Shown here: positions 26,960 to 40,715 of the stretch, in pieces | Numbering within the stretch: position 1 is the stretch's first letter | Layout of the letters: each line of letters opens with the position of its first letter | DNA from: Octopus vulgaris | Taxonomy: Eukaryota | Assembly: GCA_951406725.2 (NCBI GenBank) | Contig: OX597820.1 | Span: forward strand, 53,010,001 to 53,074,000 | Reading direction: 5' to 3' | Length of the DNA stretch: 64,000 nt | Notes under the pieces: generated by a model | Databases searched by the model: none | The model's input: only the letters and a program-made list of their open reading frames with translations | What the model was told of the DNA's origin: nothing | Program-made: the position numbers and the translations under genes

Positions 26960-27770
26960 TTTAAGCTAATTCCAACAACTTTGGAATGAAATTCTGCGAA
27001 ACAGTAACATTTCGGTGCAATTGTTTGGGCAAGCGTTGAGGGAAGAATCTTAAAGGAGTGCAAATATAATCCTAGACAGGAGGATTAAAAAAGAACATGT
27101 GAAAGAATCATGTCATGTGAGAGTGAGTGTATGAAGAGGTAAAGGTGTGGGTGTATAGAGAGTTGGTGTATGTGCAGCTAATTTGAGTTGAAGCACGTAG
27201 TCTCTTCAAGTAACAGTAGATAAGATTTAAAAAGGTAACGCTATGTCTAAATCAGGGACTGTAGTGTATAAGTGAAGGAGTTTAACAACCAATTGGACGG
27301 TCATTCGTAGTTTCAGAGATATTTGAGGATTGCAACAGTGCTGACACATTCATGCGAATCATAATCCAATGTGTGCATAGCTGGTGTATAACAGTGATCA
27401 GAGCTGAAGGATTTCATGGTTTCTAAGGAGAAGCTTAATATTTTGGCAGTGTTCCAGCTGGTTTGTGTGTAGGTGCCAGTAGCACTGTCGTCCAGATTAT
27501 TTTAGCATTAGTTACTAATGCTCAGCTCCGTCGAAAATCAACGAATGCAGAAAGTCGATACATTTCCGGCTATAAATAAGCTTCATTTTTAGTGTCCAAT
27601 GGTATATAAGTATGATTGATGTAGAAAACTTCAGAGCGAATGGATCCTCTCTTTGTCGATTTTTTCAAGATTGTAGCACATAGATTGCGTAGGTGTAGGG
27701 AAAGAATGTTTCCTACTTTCTGCGAAGAAATTATTTGATACTGTATGCGAAGATTCGTTAATACAGATGT
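26960..27770 (-). mobile_element. Very decayed CR1/Jockey-group LINE 3' region
   Basis: Minus-strand remnants resembling the post-RT C-terminal domain; many stops and frameshifts. Confidence 0.4.
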
Positions 27771-27789
27771 GCGATTATGCATGGAAGCA

Positions 27790-28360
27790 AAAAAGCTAAA
27801 CTAGCTAATTTAGTAGTTTTCTTGTCTGTCCTCACGATTATGGTCATAAATGTTTGGTAATGGACGAAATAATACGATCGTAGGAAGACAAGCGGCCAAA
27901 ATGGGATTCCTTCGAATATACCCTCGTGTAACCTTAATCGACAGAGTATATAGATCAGAGATCAGGGAATCAAGTGATTGTGGGGTGGGGGACAAACATA
28001 GGCACACAAATATATATATTACGGAGATGTACTTGCATAGCAAGTGACTTGATCTGAGATCGTGTGCTGAAACAAAAACGATTGCAATGTGGAAGATGTG
28101 CTAGTACGCCACATTGAGAGATCACAGTACTGGTAAAAAGAATATTTGAGTAGAATATCGCAGGAAAGAATGGCAAGAGGGGATCTTGAAGCTGAGCAAT
28201 CCTACAGGAACCCGATTGGAAAGAGCAAAAACAAGATTGTTGGATGATATCCATAGTCTTAGTTGGTCACTCTTGGTTGCACCCAATAGGATCTTACGGA
28301 CAAGGTAGAGCCTAAGCGCACTACCCCTAGGACACTCTCAGGAATTGTAGCTTGAAAAGA
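27790..28360 (+). mobile_element. RTE-clade LINE C-terminal fragment, interrupted at 27970-28100
   Basis: QAAKMGFLRIYPRVTLIDRVYRSEIRE, then after the insert LVKRIFE and GTRLERAKTRLLDDI. Confidence 0.7.
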
Positions 28361-29690
28361 TGGATGGATATGTGCGTGTATGTTCATGTGTGTGTATGTG
28401 TGTTCATATTTACATATTTGTTGATTTTTGCTAGTTTATTTTGTCCTTTTGTCTTCTCTCCTGGTGCTGCATGAACATTTAATGTGGTTTTAGACTCAAG
28501 TTTTGGCTGCTATTCCCAGCGTGGTGGTATCTCTTAGATACCCTAAACTATAATTTTAATAATAATTAATACCTTTGAAAGTTTTTATTCCCATGCTGGC
28601 CACTTGATAAGATCCATATTTAAATTAATGATCTTATCCTTATTTATATAAATATACATATATATACGTATACACATATATACATATGTATGAGAGTGTG
28701 TAGCCAGCCTAGTATACTGTTTCATTAACAGACCATGCAGCACATGATCAAATCCCTTCAATTCATGCTGCTCTCATCTGCTCTCATCTGAAGATGTGTA
28801 CTAGCATCAGGTAGAAGACAAGCATGCATCTGAAACCGGACTGTCGTTCAGGGGAAATATTGCCCTAACTCTGCTATACTTATATGACATAGAACGAATT
28901 TTATAAGCATATAGGCCCATGAAAGATGTAGTCTATTCATTTTCATCACTTCTTTCGCATTTAACAACATATTCAAAACTAAAAGATGAATTCCTATTAT
29001 TTTGTCTTACGGTTAACGTTACTAACTTCAATAAATAAACTTACAGCTACATTTTAAATCTTGCATCATTGCGTTTGGTATCTTGTTAATCTAAGTTCAA
29101 AACCTGTCAGTACTCACATTAGCATTCAGCTATGAAAAATCTAAAAAGCAAGCAAGTTAAATTTAATAAAACCAATATTATAGCTGATATATATAGTCTC
29201 CATTCTCAAATTGGTCAATTTGGCGATGGCAAAAAATCATTATTTCTACCAACGTCTGTTTATTAAGAAGAACAGATAGTGAAGCATCGGTTAAACTTAT
29301 CTCTCTCGGCTTGTTACTTCAAAATGTGGTCTGTACTGATCTTGGAATCATTCCAAAACTACACTCAGTAAAATGGTTGAAAATAGAAGATTGTTATCAG
29401 AGTTTTTAAACAACTTCTAAGTATGTGTAAATGAATTTGTAGACAATATTACCAGCGGTGGATTGGATATATGCTTATATCCATCCATTTATCTGTTCTA
29501 TCTATATATCTGCTTGTCTGTTTGAATGTATGTCTCTTTTCAGACGACACCAATATTTCTTATTACGCATAAATATGGGTGAGTATGACTGTTCATGCAT
29601 GTGTTATGGTGCATAAACACACACACACACATATCAATATATATATCAATATCTATATCTATACATACATATATATATATACACACACAT

Positions 29691-29739
<49 letters not shown>

Positions 29740-30389
29740 ATATATATGTATATTTATGTACATATGTTTATGTATGTGTAATGGATATTCATCATGTTTT
29801 CTACTAACATCTGTATTTTTCCACTGCATACACACAACAGAATCATGGCCAAATACATGAGTGTGTTTGAAAGTCGCTGTGAGAGTGTAGCTTTTCGTGT
29901 CTCTGCTCTTATGCGCACGGTTTCACTCCATAAATTCTAACACACACACACACACAGACACACACACACACACATACACATATATATATATACATATAAT
30001 ATTCTACACAGGCGTGTATGTGTAGCATGAAGTTTGCTTCCTAACCACACGGTACCAGTTTCAGTCCCACTGCGGGACACCTTAGGCAAGTGTCTTCTAT
30101 AGTCACGGGTCAACTAAAACAGTTTGAGTGGATTTTGCTGACTTAACTTAAAGAAGCCTTCATATATAAGCGTGTGTGTGTGTGTCTGTTTGTGTTTTTA
30201 CCCCCACCGCAGCTTGAAAGCCTGTTTTTGGTGTGTCTACGTCCCCATAAATTAGGACTTCAGCATAAGAGACCAATAAAATGAGTACAGGGGTCGAATT
30301 TTTCGACTAAAATTATTCAAGGTACTTCTTAAGGGTTTCGTAGGCTGCATTACACTTGTGTTCGTTTAACTTTGTTCTTCTCAAACGGG

Positions 30390-30700
30390 GTGGCATAGTG
30401 GCTATGTTCTTCGGCTCACGATCGTCAAGTCGTGAGTTTGAAAACCGGCGGCGCGTTATGTCTTTGAGAAAGACACTTTATTTCACGTAACTCCAATCCA
30501 CTCAGCAAGCAAAAACGAGTAGTATCTGTAATTCAGATAGCCAGCCTTGTCACATTCTGTGTCACGCTGAATCTCCCTCCTGAGAACTAGGTGATGGTTA
30601 TACGTGTCGGTGGAGTGCTCAGCCACATGTGCGTTAACTTCCAAAGCAGGTTGTTCCGTTGATCGGATCAACTGGAATCCTTTTTGTCATAACGGCATTC
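30390..30700 (+). mobile_element. tRNA-derived SINE family D, copy 1
   Basis: Colinear with 34077-34380; cacgatcgt..gtcgtgagtttgaaaaccggc. Confidence 0.85.
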
Positions 30701-30745
30701 TAACGACTTAAACATAGAAAAAGTAAAAGATATATGATGTATATA

Positions 30746-31601
30746 CACGCGGTCTGATCAATAAGTATCAGGACTGTTGCCATAATAACGAAGCTAAAGG
30801 ACCCAAAGTAAAGCCGCTTGGCAAAGATTGACTTTGAGGTTTGTTGTGCATTCACACTAAGTTTTAACGTTCTAACTTACATCCGCTGTTTACAGGAGTG
30901 CTTGCAAGGAAGACTTTTATCATGCGATCGTCGCATTGACCATGACAGAGAAAGTTATCATGGTGATACCTGCTCAGAGGCCTACGCAAGGTTGCAGAAA
31001 GTGTGTGAAGTGGTTCAGGCGTTTCCAAGATGGCCGAAAGATGTCGATAATGACGAACGTTCTGGGAAACCCGCAACCTGCAGAACTGAGAAAAACTTCG
31101 CAGATGTGCGTGCAACTGTGAGAGGAAATCGTCGATTCACTATCCATGACTTATCAGAGAATGTTCAGATTAGTTACAATTCAATTCAGTCGAGTATCAC
31201 TGAAGATTTGGGTATAAGACACCTGTCTGTCAAGTTTGTGCCAAAACTGCTTTCAGCTAATCAAGAAGACACACGGGTTTCAGTTGCACAAGATCTGGAT
31301 TGTTTCGTGAACGATCAAAACTTCTGGAAAACTTTCCGTATGACTCTGAGTAGGTATCGTCATGATAGGGATTCTCTGCCCAACTTTCTCTATCATGGTT
31401 ACTGCGACGATTACACATTACACACTTACCTTCCAAGCATTTCTGTAAACAGTGGAAGTGAGCTAGAACGTTAAAACCTAGTGTGCATGCACAGCAGAAT
31501 TCAAGGTCAATCAGTGTTCAAGGTTTAAGGTGAAGCGGCTTTACTCTGCGTGATTTAGTTCCGTTACTATGGCAACAGTCCTGATATTTAATAGACCACG
31601 T
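30746..31601 (+). mobile_element. Non-autonomous mariner derivative with long (~250 bp) inverted arms
   Basis: TA-flanked TIR cacgcggtctgatcaataagtatcaggactg vs cagtcctgatatttaatagaccacgta; HTH remnant DVDNDERSGKPAT..VRGNRRFTI and KFVPKLLS (WVPHEL-equivalent); no DDD domain. Confidence 0.88.
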
Positions 31602-31773
31602 ATCTATATATGTATGCTTATATATGTGTGAATGTGTATGCATGTATGTGTGTATATGTGTATGTGTGTGAATGCATTTATATATGTAAGTATTTGTTTA
31701 TACAATGAGAGTGGGGGAGAGAGATATTTCCACATTCGTCAGAGGTATAAAACGAAACGATATATTTGATATA

Positions 31774-33758
31774 CTAGCAGAGTTACCCGGTGTTGCCCGA
31801 GTTACATACAATTGAAGAATGAGACATTTCTGTTAAATTTCTGTAATGAACTGGAATACCTATGTTTCGAATTTCATCAAGATTACAGATGAGGGTTATA
31901 TCCCTCTTTACACACCCAAACAAAATTGTAATCGTGCCACATATATCCCATACTACTGATTTTTATGCGCATATTCCAAAATTCCAGTCTTATTGATCCT
32001 GTTAAAAGGATTTTGCTCCTGAAAAATGGAGATCATGGATCTCTAAAATGTGAGAGTTAATGCCCCTATTGGGGGTGGGCATTTTATCGATCTCGTTTGT
32101 CGAACCACTAATTCATTTATCGATCTAGTTTGGCGAACTTCTAAGTCTTTTTATCGATCTCGTTTGGCGGACAGCTACGTCATTTTATCGATCTCGTTTG
32201 GTGAACCGCTAAGTCATTTTACGGTACGTCGCCAATCTCCACAGTTACTGGCAACTGCTTCCCAGTTGATAATATTGATGTTTCAGGCATTCATGTCCCT
32301 TTTGCAAACATCCTTGTATCGTAAGAACGCGAGCAAAGGCCTTTCCAACAGTGCTTTGAAGAGATATTCCACGGTAATTGTTACAATCACCACGGTCACC
32401 TTTGTTTTTTCAAAGCGTAATAATGTTAGCAAACCGCATATCCTGAGGGACTGTACCCTCTCCCCAGCACTAACACAGAAGCTCATGAAGGTGCCGAAGC
32501 AGGATGGTGTTTTTGCCGGTTTTGATGATCTCTAAGGGGATGTCGTCTTTTCCCGGAGCCTTGTTTCTTGCTAGGGAGTCAATAGACTTGGTGAGCTCAG
32601 CTATAGATGGCAGACTGTCAAGTTCACACATGACTGGCATGATCTTATCACCCTCGATTGCAGCCTCAGCTACTTCCTCCCGTCTATCCATTTGCTTGCT
32701 TTGGTCCTTGATGATATCTCCAGTAGCTGATTTCACAGGGGCTGACTTGGTTGCGGATGGACCGAGGGCCTTCTTCAAACCGGCATACATCCCACGGGTG
32801 TCGCCACTGTCAGCAGCTGACTGGATACTCTGACAGACTTCCTGCCAATACCTATTTGCACAGCGTCTAGCAGTCAGTTGGGTTTTATTTCTTGCCTTTC
32901 TGAGTTCTTCAAGTGACTTTGTAGAAGAATCACTCTTGTATTGCATCAGAGCTGCATGCTTTGCTTCGATAACTGTTTCCAGCTCTGAGAGCCCAGCACT
33001 GAACCAATCTGGGTTTTGCCTTTCTCTCATGCCGAAAGTATCTATTGATGCGGTATACAAAGCTTCCCTGATATAATTCCACCTACTTTCAGCAGAGAAG
33101 GTTGGGCAGCTACTGAGGGCAACCTTGATAGAAACAGCAAAACATTTTCGCAGCGTAGGGTCCGAGGTTCTGGCAGTGTTAATGCGTGGTCGGCCCATTT
33201 TCTTGGAGTGATGGACATTTTTAGGCAGAAACCTATGTCTGTGTGTGTCTGTGTTTGTGTATGCGTGTATGGGTGTATATATGTATGCATGTATATATGT
33301 GTATATATATATATATGTATGCATATAACATGTACATCTATATATATATATATATATACATCTAGACATACATGTATACATATACATGTATATCTATAGA
33401 AACACATTTATACATATACAGCGATACATATACATGTATACATATACATGTATATATATATATATATATATAGCCATATATATACATCCATATATATATA
33501 TGTATATATATATATACATCCATACACATACAATAGAGAGATGCTTTTGTTTCACTTTTAACACGTAATACTGAAATAGTGGAGAAGATGTGATATTGCT
33601 TTGGGCTCGCCCTAGGCAAGAAGTTAAACATTTTTTTTGCTCATGACACTACATGGACCCTAAGTAAGACATGTGTAAAATTTGAATGAAATTGGTTGGG
33701 TAGTTCTCAAGTTTTAGGGTATCACACAGACAGACAGACAGACAGACACACATTCTCA

Positions 33759-33790
<32 letters not shown>

Positions 33791-33792
33791 GA
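31774..33792 (-). mobile_element. Non-autonomous Helitron-like element with nested inserts
   Basis: Minus strand begins TC at 33792 after an A, has (CTGT)n near its 5' end, and ends in a subterminal hairpin plus CTAG before T at 31774; joining the two ends into one element is inferred. Confidence 0.6.
32221..33235 (-). mobile_element. RTE-clade LINE fragment with internal deletion of the RT core
   Basis: RQNPDWF...KAPGKDDIPLEIIK..LHELLC (pre-RT linker) joined to C-terminal LRYKDVCKRDMNA*..WEAVASNCGDWRR. Confidence 0.9.
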
Positions 33793-33801
33793 TTTCTTTC
33801 T

Positions 33802-33834
<33 letters not shown>

Positions 33835-34076
33835 GACACTACTTGATGATTTCACGTTGTTAGCCACACTTCCAATATTGAGTAACGAAATACGTTGGCA
33901 GTAAATGCGATTCCCTTTCCTTGCAGCTTCGCACAAGTTAAACTACTAGCAACTATGTTTAATTCCAAGGCATTAAGAAAAAACGGTGAAACTTCACAGT
34001 ATAGTTTTAGATGCTTTTGCAGAGGGGTTTTCAGGTTGCAGTACACTTCTGTTCGTCTAACATTGTTCCTCTGAAA

Positions 34077-34380
34077 GCGCGTGGCTTTAGTAGTTAGGAT
34101 ATTCGGCACACGATCGTAAAGTCGTGAGTTTGAAAACCGGCAGCGCGTTATCTCTCCGAGCGAGACACTTTATTTCACGTTCCTCCAATCCACTCAGCCG
34201 ACAAAAATGAGTAGAACCTGTAATTCAGATAGCCAACCTTGTCATATTCTGTGTCAAGCTGAACCGCCCTTAGGTACACGTGTCGGTGGAGTGCTCAGCC
34301 ACATGCGCGTTAATTTCCAAAGTAGGCTGCTCCGTTAATCGGATCAACTGGAACTCTTTTCGTCATAACCGACCAAGTGC
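34077..34380 (+). mobile_element. tRNA-derived SINE family D, copy 2
   Basis: gcgcgtggctttagtagttagg head; colinear with 30390-30700. Confidence 0.85.
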
Positions 34381-35669
34381 CAGTTATATTGTTTCTATTT
34401 TGAAGATTATTTGTAGTTAAATTGTGCTTATTGACTAGACCTAGTTCATTTTCGCAACCTTTAATATACTTGTTTTAATGATTAGGAAGCTTTTCATAAT
34501 GTCTAATGTTTTCACATTTCGCTAGGTGCTGAGACGATTTCTTGTTTTTATCATGGAAACTAGTTATTACGGTTCACTATTTATGGAGCTGGGTTGTTTG
34601 TTTGTTTGTTTGGGTGTTAATAATCGTCAAATGTGTAGAGTGTATTATGACTTCTACTACCAATAAGTTCTTTGTTACACGTTACTAATACCGAGAATAT
34701 GGGTGAATTCTATGATCCGCTGATGGGAACAAACAAATCCGAAACATACCCAAAGATGTCACTTGGTTTTTCGGAAATGTATAAGTCATTGAGATTATGT
34801 TTTCTTCACCAAATACGTGTTGCTATTTCAAATTTTTCGCTCTCGTAACATTAAATATGTTAAAACTAAATTTGTATCAAGAAGTATGTTAAGTTGGTCT
34901 TCGGCATATTTTATGTATATTTTCAAGATTTTGAAATCTCTAAAATTTTACTGGTACATGCTGATGATACTTAACAAACCTAAATTCAAAATTGTATCAA
35001 CTTAGGATTCAAAAGGACTTTTAGAGCTTTATGCAAATGATATAAGCCCCATTCGTTTTGATAAACCATGTCACTATATTCTGTATCGTGCCATTTTTGT
35101 GTGATATTGATCAATAAATATGCTAACCTAATGCTGATTTTGGAGTGGTATTTGTGTCTGTCATGTGGACAACCCAGATTATGTTTTCCTATTGACTTGT
35201 TTCACCTAAAAACACCTACCCTGTTCTGCCAGGTTCTACAGCGATTATATACCCTTATATAACAATTAGATACCCACGCAAATTTCCAGTAAATTAGCAG
35301 AATTTTAAATTCCACCCTTGAAGGCCTTCTTGATTCCTGATACGATATAACAAGCAGCCAGTCATGTAAATATAAGTAAATAATTTTTGAATAGTTGACT
35401 ATATAGAACGTAGTAGTAGAGAACTTATAAGCTGATCAAGGGGTATTTCACACAGTCTTACTAGTGTCATATGAATTCAACGGCGTGATAAACGTTCATA
35501 CTTATATAAATATGTATATGTTCATTTATCAAAACTTTACGGAGATATCTACCAAGTTTTCTAGCTTATCTTCTTATCTCTTCTGTTGCTGCTGTCCAGG
35601 CACTTGTTAAAAACAACATATTCTTGGTAACTATATCAGATAATGTTTGGATAGAAATTTAATTGAACC

Positions 35670-35850
35670 AAAATGTCCAGTGCAAATACAAAAACACTTA
35701 AGTTTCTTATTAGAAAAATGTTGTTCACAGATAATTGTGACCTCATGGCCCACCGGGAAAGCCACTTAAAAATAATTGTCAACACTATTCGGTCTAGCAA
35801 TCAATTTTGGCAAGACAGAAATCTTAATGCAGCCGACTCCAAAGTGTCCT
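35670..35850 (+). mobile_element. Small RTE RT fragment around the catalytic motif
   Basis: TKTLKFLIRKMLFTDNCDLMAHRESHLKIIV, a decayed IRELLFADDCALMAH.E..LQ. Confidence 0.7.
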
Positions 35851-36799
35851 CCTCGAGGCTTTGCTTTATATTTCATTTATTCAAATATTATGCCCCCGTA
35901 AAATATTTTGTATTGTAACTTTTCTAACATTGAGATTTTGTTGTATGTAAGCATACAGTATTATTATCATTATTGTATACGTACACGCAGAAACATACAT
36001 ATATGTATTTGTGTGTGTGTGTGTGTGTATGAACGTATGCATGATATAAGCAAGTATGAATATGAATATATATATATATATATATATATGGGAAATCCCC
36101 AAAAAGAAGAACAAACACGAAAAAGGACACGAGGATGTGGTACATGTAAAGTATTAGCAGACGCTTAGGAAAATATATGTATACATACATGCATACATAC
36201 ATACATACATACATACATACATACATACATACATACATACATACATACATACATACATACATACATACATACACACACACACATCTGCAAAGCAAAGACG
36301 TCGTTTCAGCTAAACTGCTGGAATGCAGCTTTTATACAGCTATCACATAAAGTCTCTTCTCAATTATGTGCAATGCAGAATCATGACACTTTGGTATTGT
36401 ATATTGACATTCATCTCTTGAAAGAGCCAATAGAAAAACATCAGTTGTTATATGATTGATAGATATATTTTTTCCTTCAGTTGGTAAATATTATTATTAG
36501 TGGGTTTTGATTCGTGTCTCTTTGAGTGGCTAAAAATGACCAGCTTTAGAAAACACTGATTCAGTAACACGCTAAACATTTGAAAGGATTATTGGTATCT
36601 GCGTGGTATAGCTCCTTTGCATCACCTTTTAATTCTGCTTCTTTAAGATGAATGCTGCTTCAAAGTACATCGACGCATTGACGGTGTCGACGATGAAGAT
36701 TCATTTGTTCATACACCGAATTATCTATCCCTGAATTTAAAAAATACGTAGTTGCATACTTGATAGTCACATATGCCCTCAAAGTAATTCACAGTATTT

Positions 36800-36868
36800 A
36801 TCACTAGTAGTGGTTAAGAGCGCGGATTACTAACCCCAAGTTTCTGAGTTCGATTCCGGGCAGTTACT

Positions 36869-36955
<87 letters not shown>

Positions 36956-37008
36956 GTAATAATAATAATAATAATAACTATAATAAGGATAATAATGATG
37001 ATGATGAA

Positions 37009-37092
<84 letters not shown>

Positions 37093-37298
37093 GATGACAC
37101 CGACAACAACAACAACATCGAAAGTTATCTTAGGAATAAGAACCCAGGTTCGAAATTTCCTCGAGACACCTGATGAAGGCCGGAGGGTATATCAGCCGAA
37201 ACGTAGTGTTAACAACGAAGAAGATGAAGACAAATATCCGTCAATTGTAAATAATGTAAATAATGTACATAATTCCTCATCTCTTAAATATAGATCTG
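36800..37298 (+). mobile_element. tRNA-headed SINE-like element with internal microsatellite and 3' hammerhead module
   Basis: A box tagtggttaagagc at 36808, B box gttcgattcc at 36848, (AAT)n(GAT)n at 36871-37095, HHR at 37165-37210; unity of the element is inferred. Confidence 0.65.
37165..37210 (+). ncRNA. Minimal type I hammerhead ribozyme motif (Penelope-type)
   Basis: gacac-CTGATGA-a-ggccgg...tcagcc-GAAA-cg-TA-gtgtt; stem III reduced to the palindrome acgt. Confidence 0.8.
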
Positions 37299-37448
37299 TA
37301 GTTTCAGTTTATCTAATTTCACTCTCAATCATGCTTCGAGTCGAGGCTACAGAAAATATTTGCTCAAGATGCTGTATAGTAAGATCGAACACAGGACCTC
37401 ACGGTTACAAAGCGAACGTCTTGGTCAGTTGGCCATACTGCACACAGA

Positions 37449-37523
<75 letters not shown>

Positions 37524-37568
37524 GTCTCTATCTATCTAAATACATACACACACACACACATATATATA

Positions 37569-37615
<47 letters not shown>

Positions 37616-38273
37616 AGAGAGAGAGAGCGAGAGACATGAAGATGGAAAGCGAAAGAGATAATTAAAAATACAGATATATTCACATATACACATATACACA
37701 TACACACATTCACGAATACATACATATAAATATACGTAAATATTTATATGTATGTCTATGTATATGATTTTGTGTGTGTGTGAGTATGAGTATGATTTCT
37801 AATTTGTATTAGACATGCACCTTCTTCTCTAAGTGGCTAAGAATTTCAAACTGGATCCCTACACGTCATTAGCTTTTATCCACTGCAGGCGTTTAAGTCT
37901 AAGTGCTGTAGTTGAACAAGATGTGAGACTAAGATATGCGTGGACCAGGTGAGTACGATAATGAAAGTGAAACTATCAGTGCAAATATTTGAATACCAGT
38001 TCGACCAATTTGTTAAGGTGACTGTTGGTGGAGGAGATTATGTTTTCTATAGTATGAATAAATAGCCTAGATGATGTGATGTGAAAAATAAGATATATAT
38101 TCGACGATAGCTAACTACTGTCCCAGCTTCCAGATCTGCTTATTGTTGTTGTTCTTTTTTCTGGCCCATTCATCTTCTTATTGAAGATGTTATTCAAGGA
38201 GAACAATGGTGGTGGTAGTGGTGGTGGTGGTGGTAGTGGTGGTGGTGGTGATGGTGGTGTTGATGATTATGAT

Positions 38274-38341
<68 letters not shown>

Positions 38342-39029
38342 GGTAGTGGTGGTGGTGGTGGTGGTGGTGATGATGATGATGCTGAAGTTAAACACAATGA
38401 TTGTGAGAATGAGGATGGGAAGAATGTGGAGAACTCGTGAGGAAGGAGTAGATTGTGGATTATGGCAACGATGCTGCTCGATGTTGATTTTGTTGTTTTT
38501 GTTGTTGCTGCCGCTATAACTACTGCTGTTGCTGCTACTATTGCCGATGATGATGATGATGATGATGATGATAGCCATAGAACTAATAGCGAATACTGTT
38601 ATAAACAGCGAAGTAGAGGCGCGGAAGAAAGAGAAGTTATTTGTGGACTATGGCAATGATGACGACAACAACAACGGCGACGATGATGACGATGTTCATG
38701 ATGATCATGATGATCTCGATGGTGATGCTGGGGATAGTGATATTAAGGCGGAGATGATGAATGCCGAAATATTACGACTGTGACTATTGTAAATGAATTG
38801 TTGTATAATGATACTGATTTTATTGATGGTAGTATAGTTGTACTATTCTTGTTGTTGAGCCACACTGGTCCACCCATGACAAAACAGAATAACCTTTTGT
38901 TATTCCATTTCAGAAGCCCCATGATCAAAAGCGACAACGAATGTCCCGTATTTTATTCAGGCAAAGCGCTAGAGTATTATTTAATACATCCAGATATAAT
39001 TAACATTGGAAGGCAATATATATTGATTT

Positions 39030-39240
39030 CAAATTTTGGCACAAGGCCAGTAAGCTCGAGGGGTTGGGGGACTGAGTCGATTCTATCGACTCCAGTGCTA
39101 AACTGGTACTTATTTAATCGACTCCGAATGGATGAAATGCAAAGTCGACCTCGGTGGAGTGTGAACTTAGAAAGTAAAAATGGACGAAACGCCGCTAAAC
39201 TTTTTGCCCGGCGTGCCTACCATTCTACCAACTCGCCATC
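39030..39240 (-). mobile_element. SINE family A, short-tail type
   Basis: Reverse complement of the family A body. Confidence 0.85.
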
Positions 39241-39385
39241 ATTGGAATACATAATATACTACGATTTTGGGGGGATCTCCATTGGTTCGGATTGACCAAT
39301 TTCCTGTCTTTGCATAGGTCTGGTCATGGAGGCTACATGTGTTTAAAGGGTGTTAATGGACACTCGTTACTGATGACGCTCAGAG

Positions 39386-39720
39386 TAAATGAGTAAAGCC
39401 CCCCCCCTTTTGGTTATGAATGACCATGGAATTGCACCTAGAATGTTACCCTCCGAGGCACAAGTCCGAGCAAGGTCGTTTTTATGGAAGACCAGCAGAC
39501 GTCCATGCATACCAGCCTCCCCTCTCCACACCACTGATGTTATCCAAGGGAAAGGCAATGGCCGATACAGCTTGGCACTAGTGACGTCGCAACTCATTTT
39601 TACAGCTGAGTGAACTGGAGCAACAAGAAATAAAGTGTCTTGCTCAAGAACACAACTCACAACCCGGTCCAGGAATCGAACTCAGTACCTCATGATTGTG
39701 AGCCCGATGCTCTAACCACT
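39386..39720 (-). mobile_element. tRNA-derived SINE (head related to family D) with TSD
   Basis: Minus strand agtggttagagc...gagttcgattcc; flanking repeat actgatgacgc(t/c)cagag at 39369 and 39718. Confidence 0.85.
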
Positions 39721-40257
39721 GATGACGCCCAGAGAAGCAGTAATCTAGATTTAGCCATTCCACCGCCGCTACCGTTGTATTTCTGTGCTTTCTAAAAATA
39801 TGAGTTTAAACGAGATACTTTCTCGAGTCGAACTAATATTGCTTCCGTAGCTAATAACGTGATTTTTATTATTCGGAAACTAACAGTTGCCTATGCATTG
39901 TAATGCTCCCCACCACTTTTCACCCACTGATGTTGTGCAAGGGGGGAAAAAAAGTACCACCCTTAGGGCTGATACAATTTAGTTAGTAATCAGTATCTTC
40001 GTAAAAGACTGGAACAGATACCAAAAGACATTGCATATGTGAGACCATTAACGGTTGTGTTAATACGCCAACATGGATCGATGCCTTTAAGATATATTCG
40101 AGAAAGTGATGTGGTTGCGATTTCTTGTAGATCTAACAGACCACGTTGAAGTTCAATCATTTTCTTGGTTTGTTGTTGTTAATATTTGTTTTAATGCCGG
40201 AAGTTGCAATGTTGATGTTGATTTCTGTAGTTGAAAATGGTAATGCTAATGCTAAAC

Positions 40258-40715
<458 letters not shown>

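Noticed and set aside
32082-32220. CRISPR-like array of ~34-bp repeats
   Set aside because: Eukaryotic context, no unique spacers, no cas genes; the unit resembles a SINE segment
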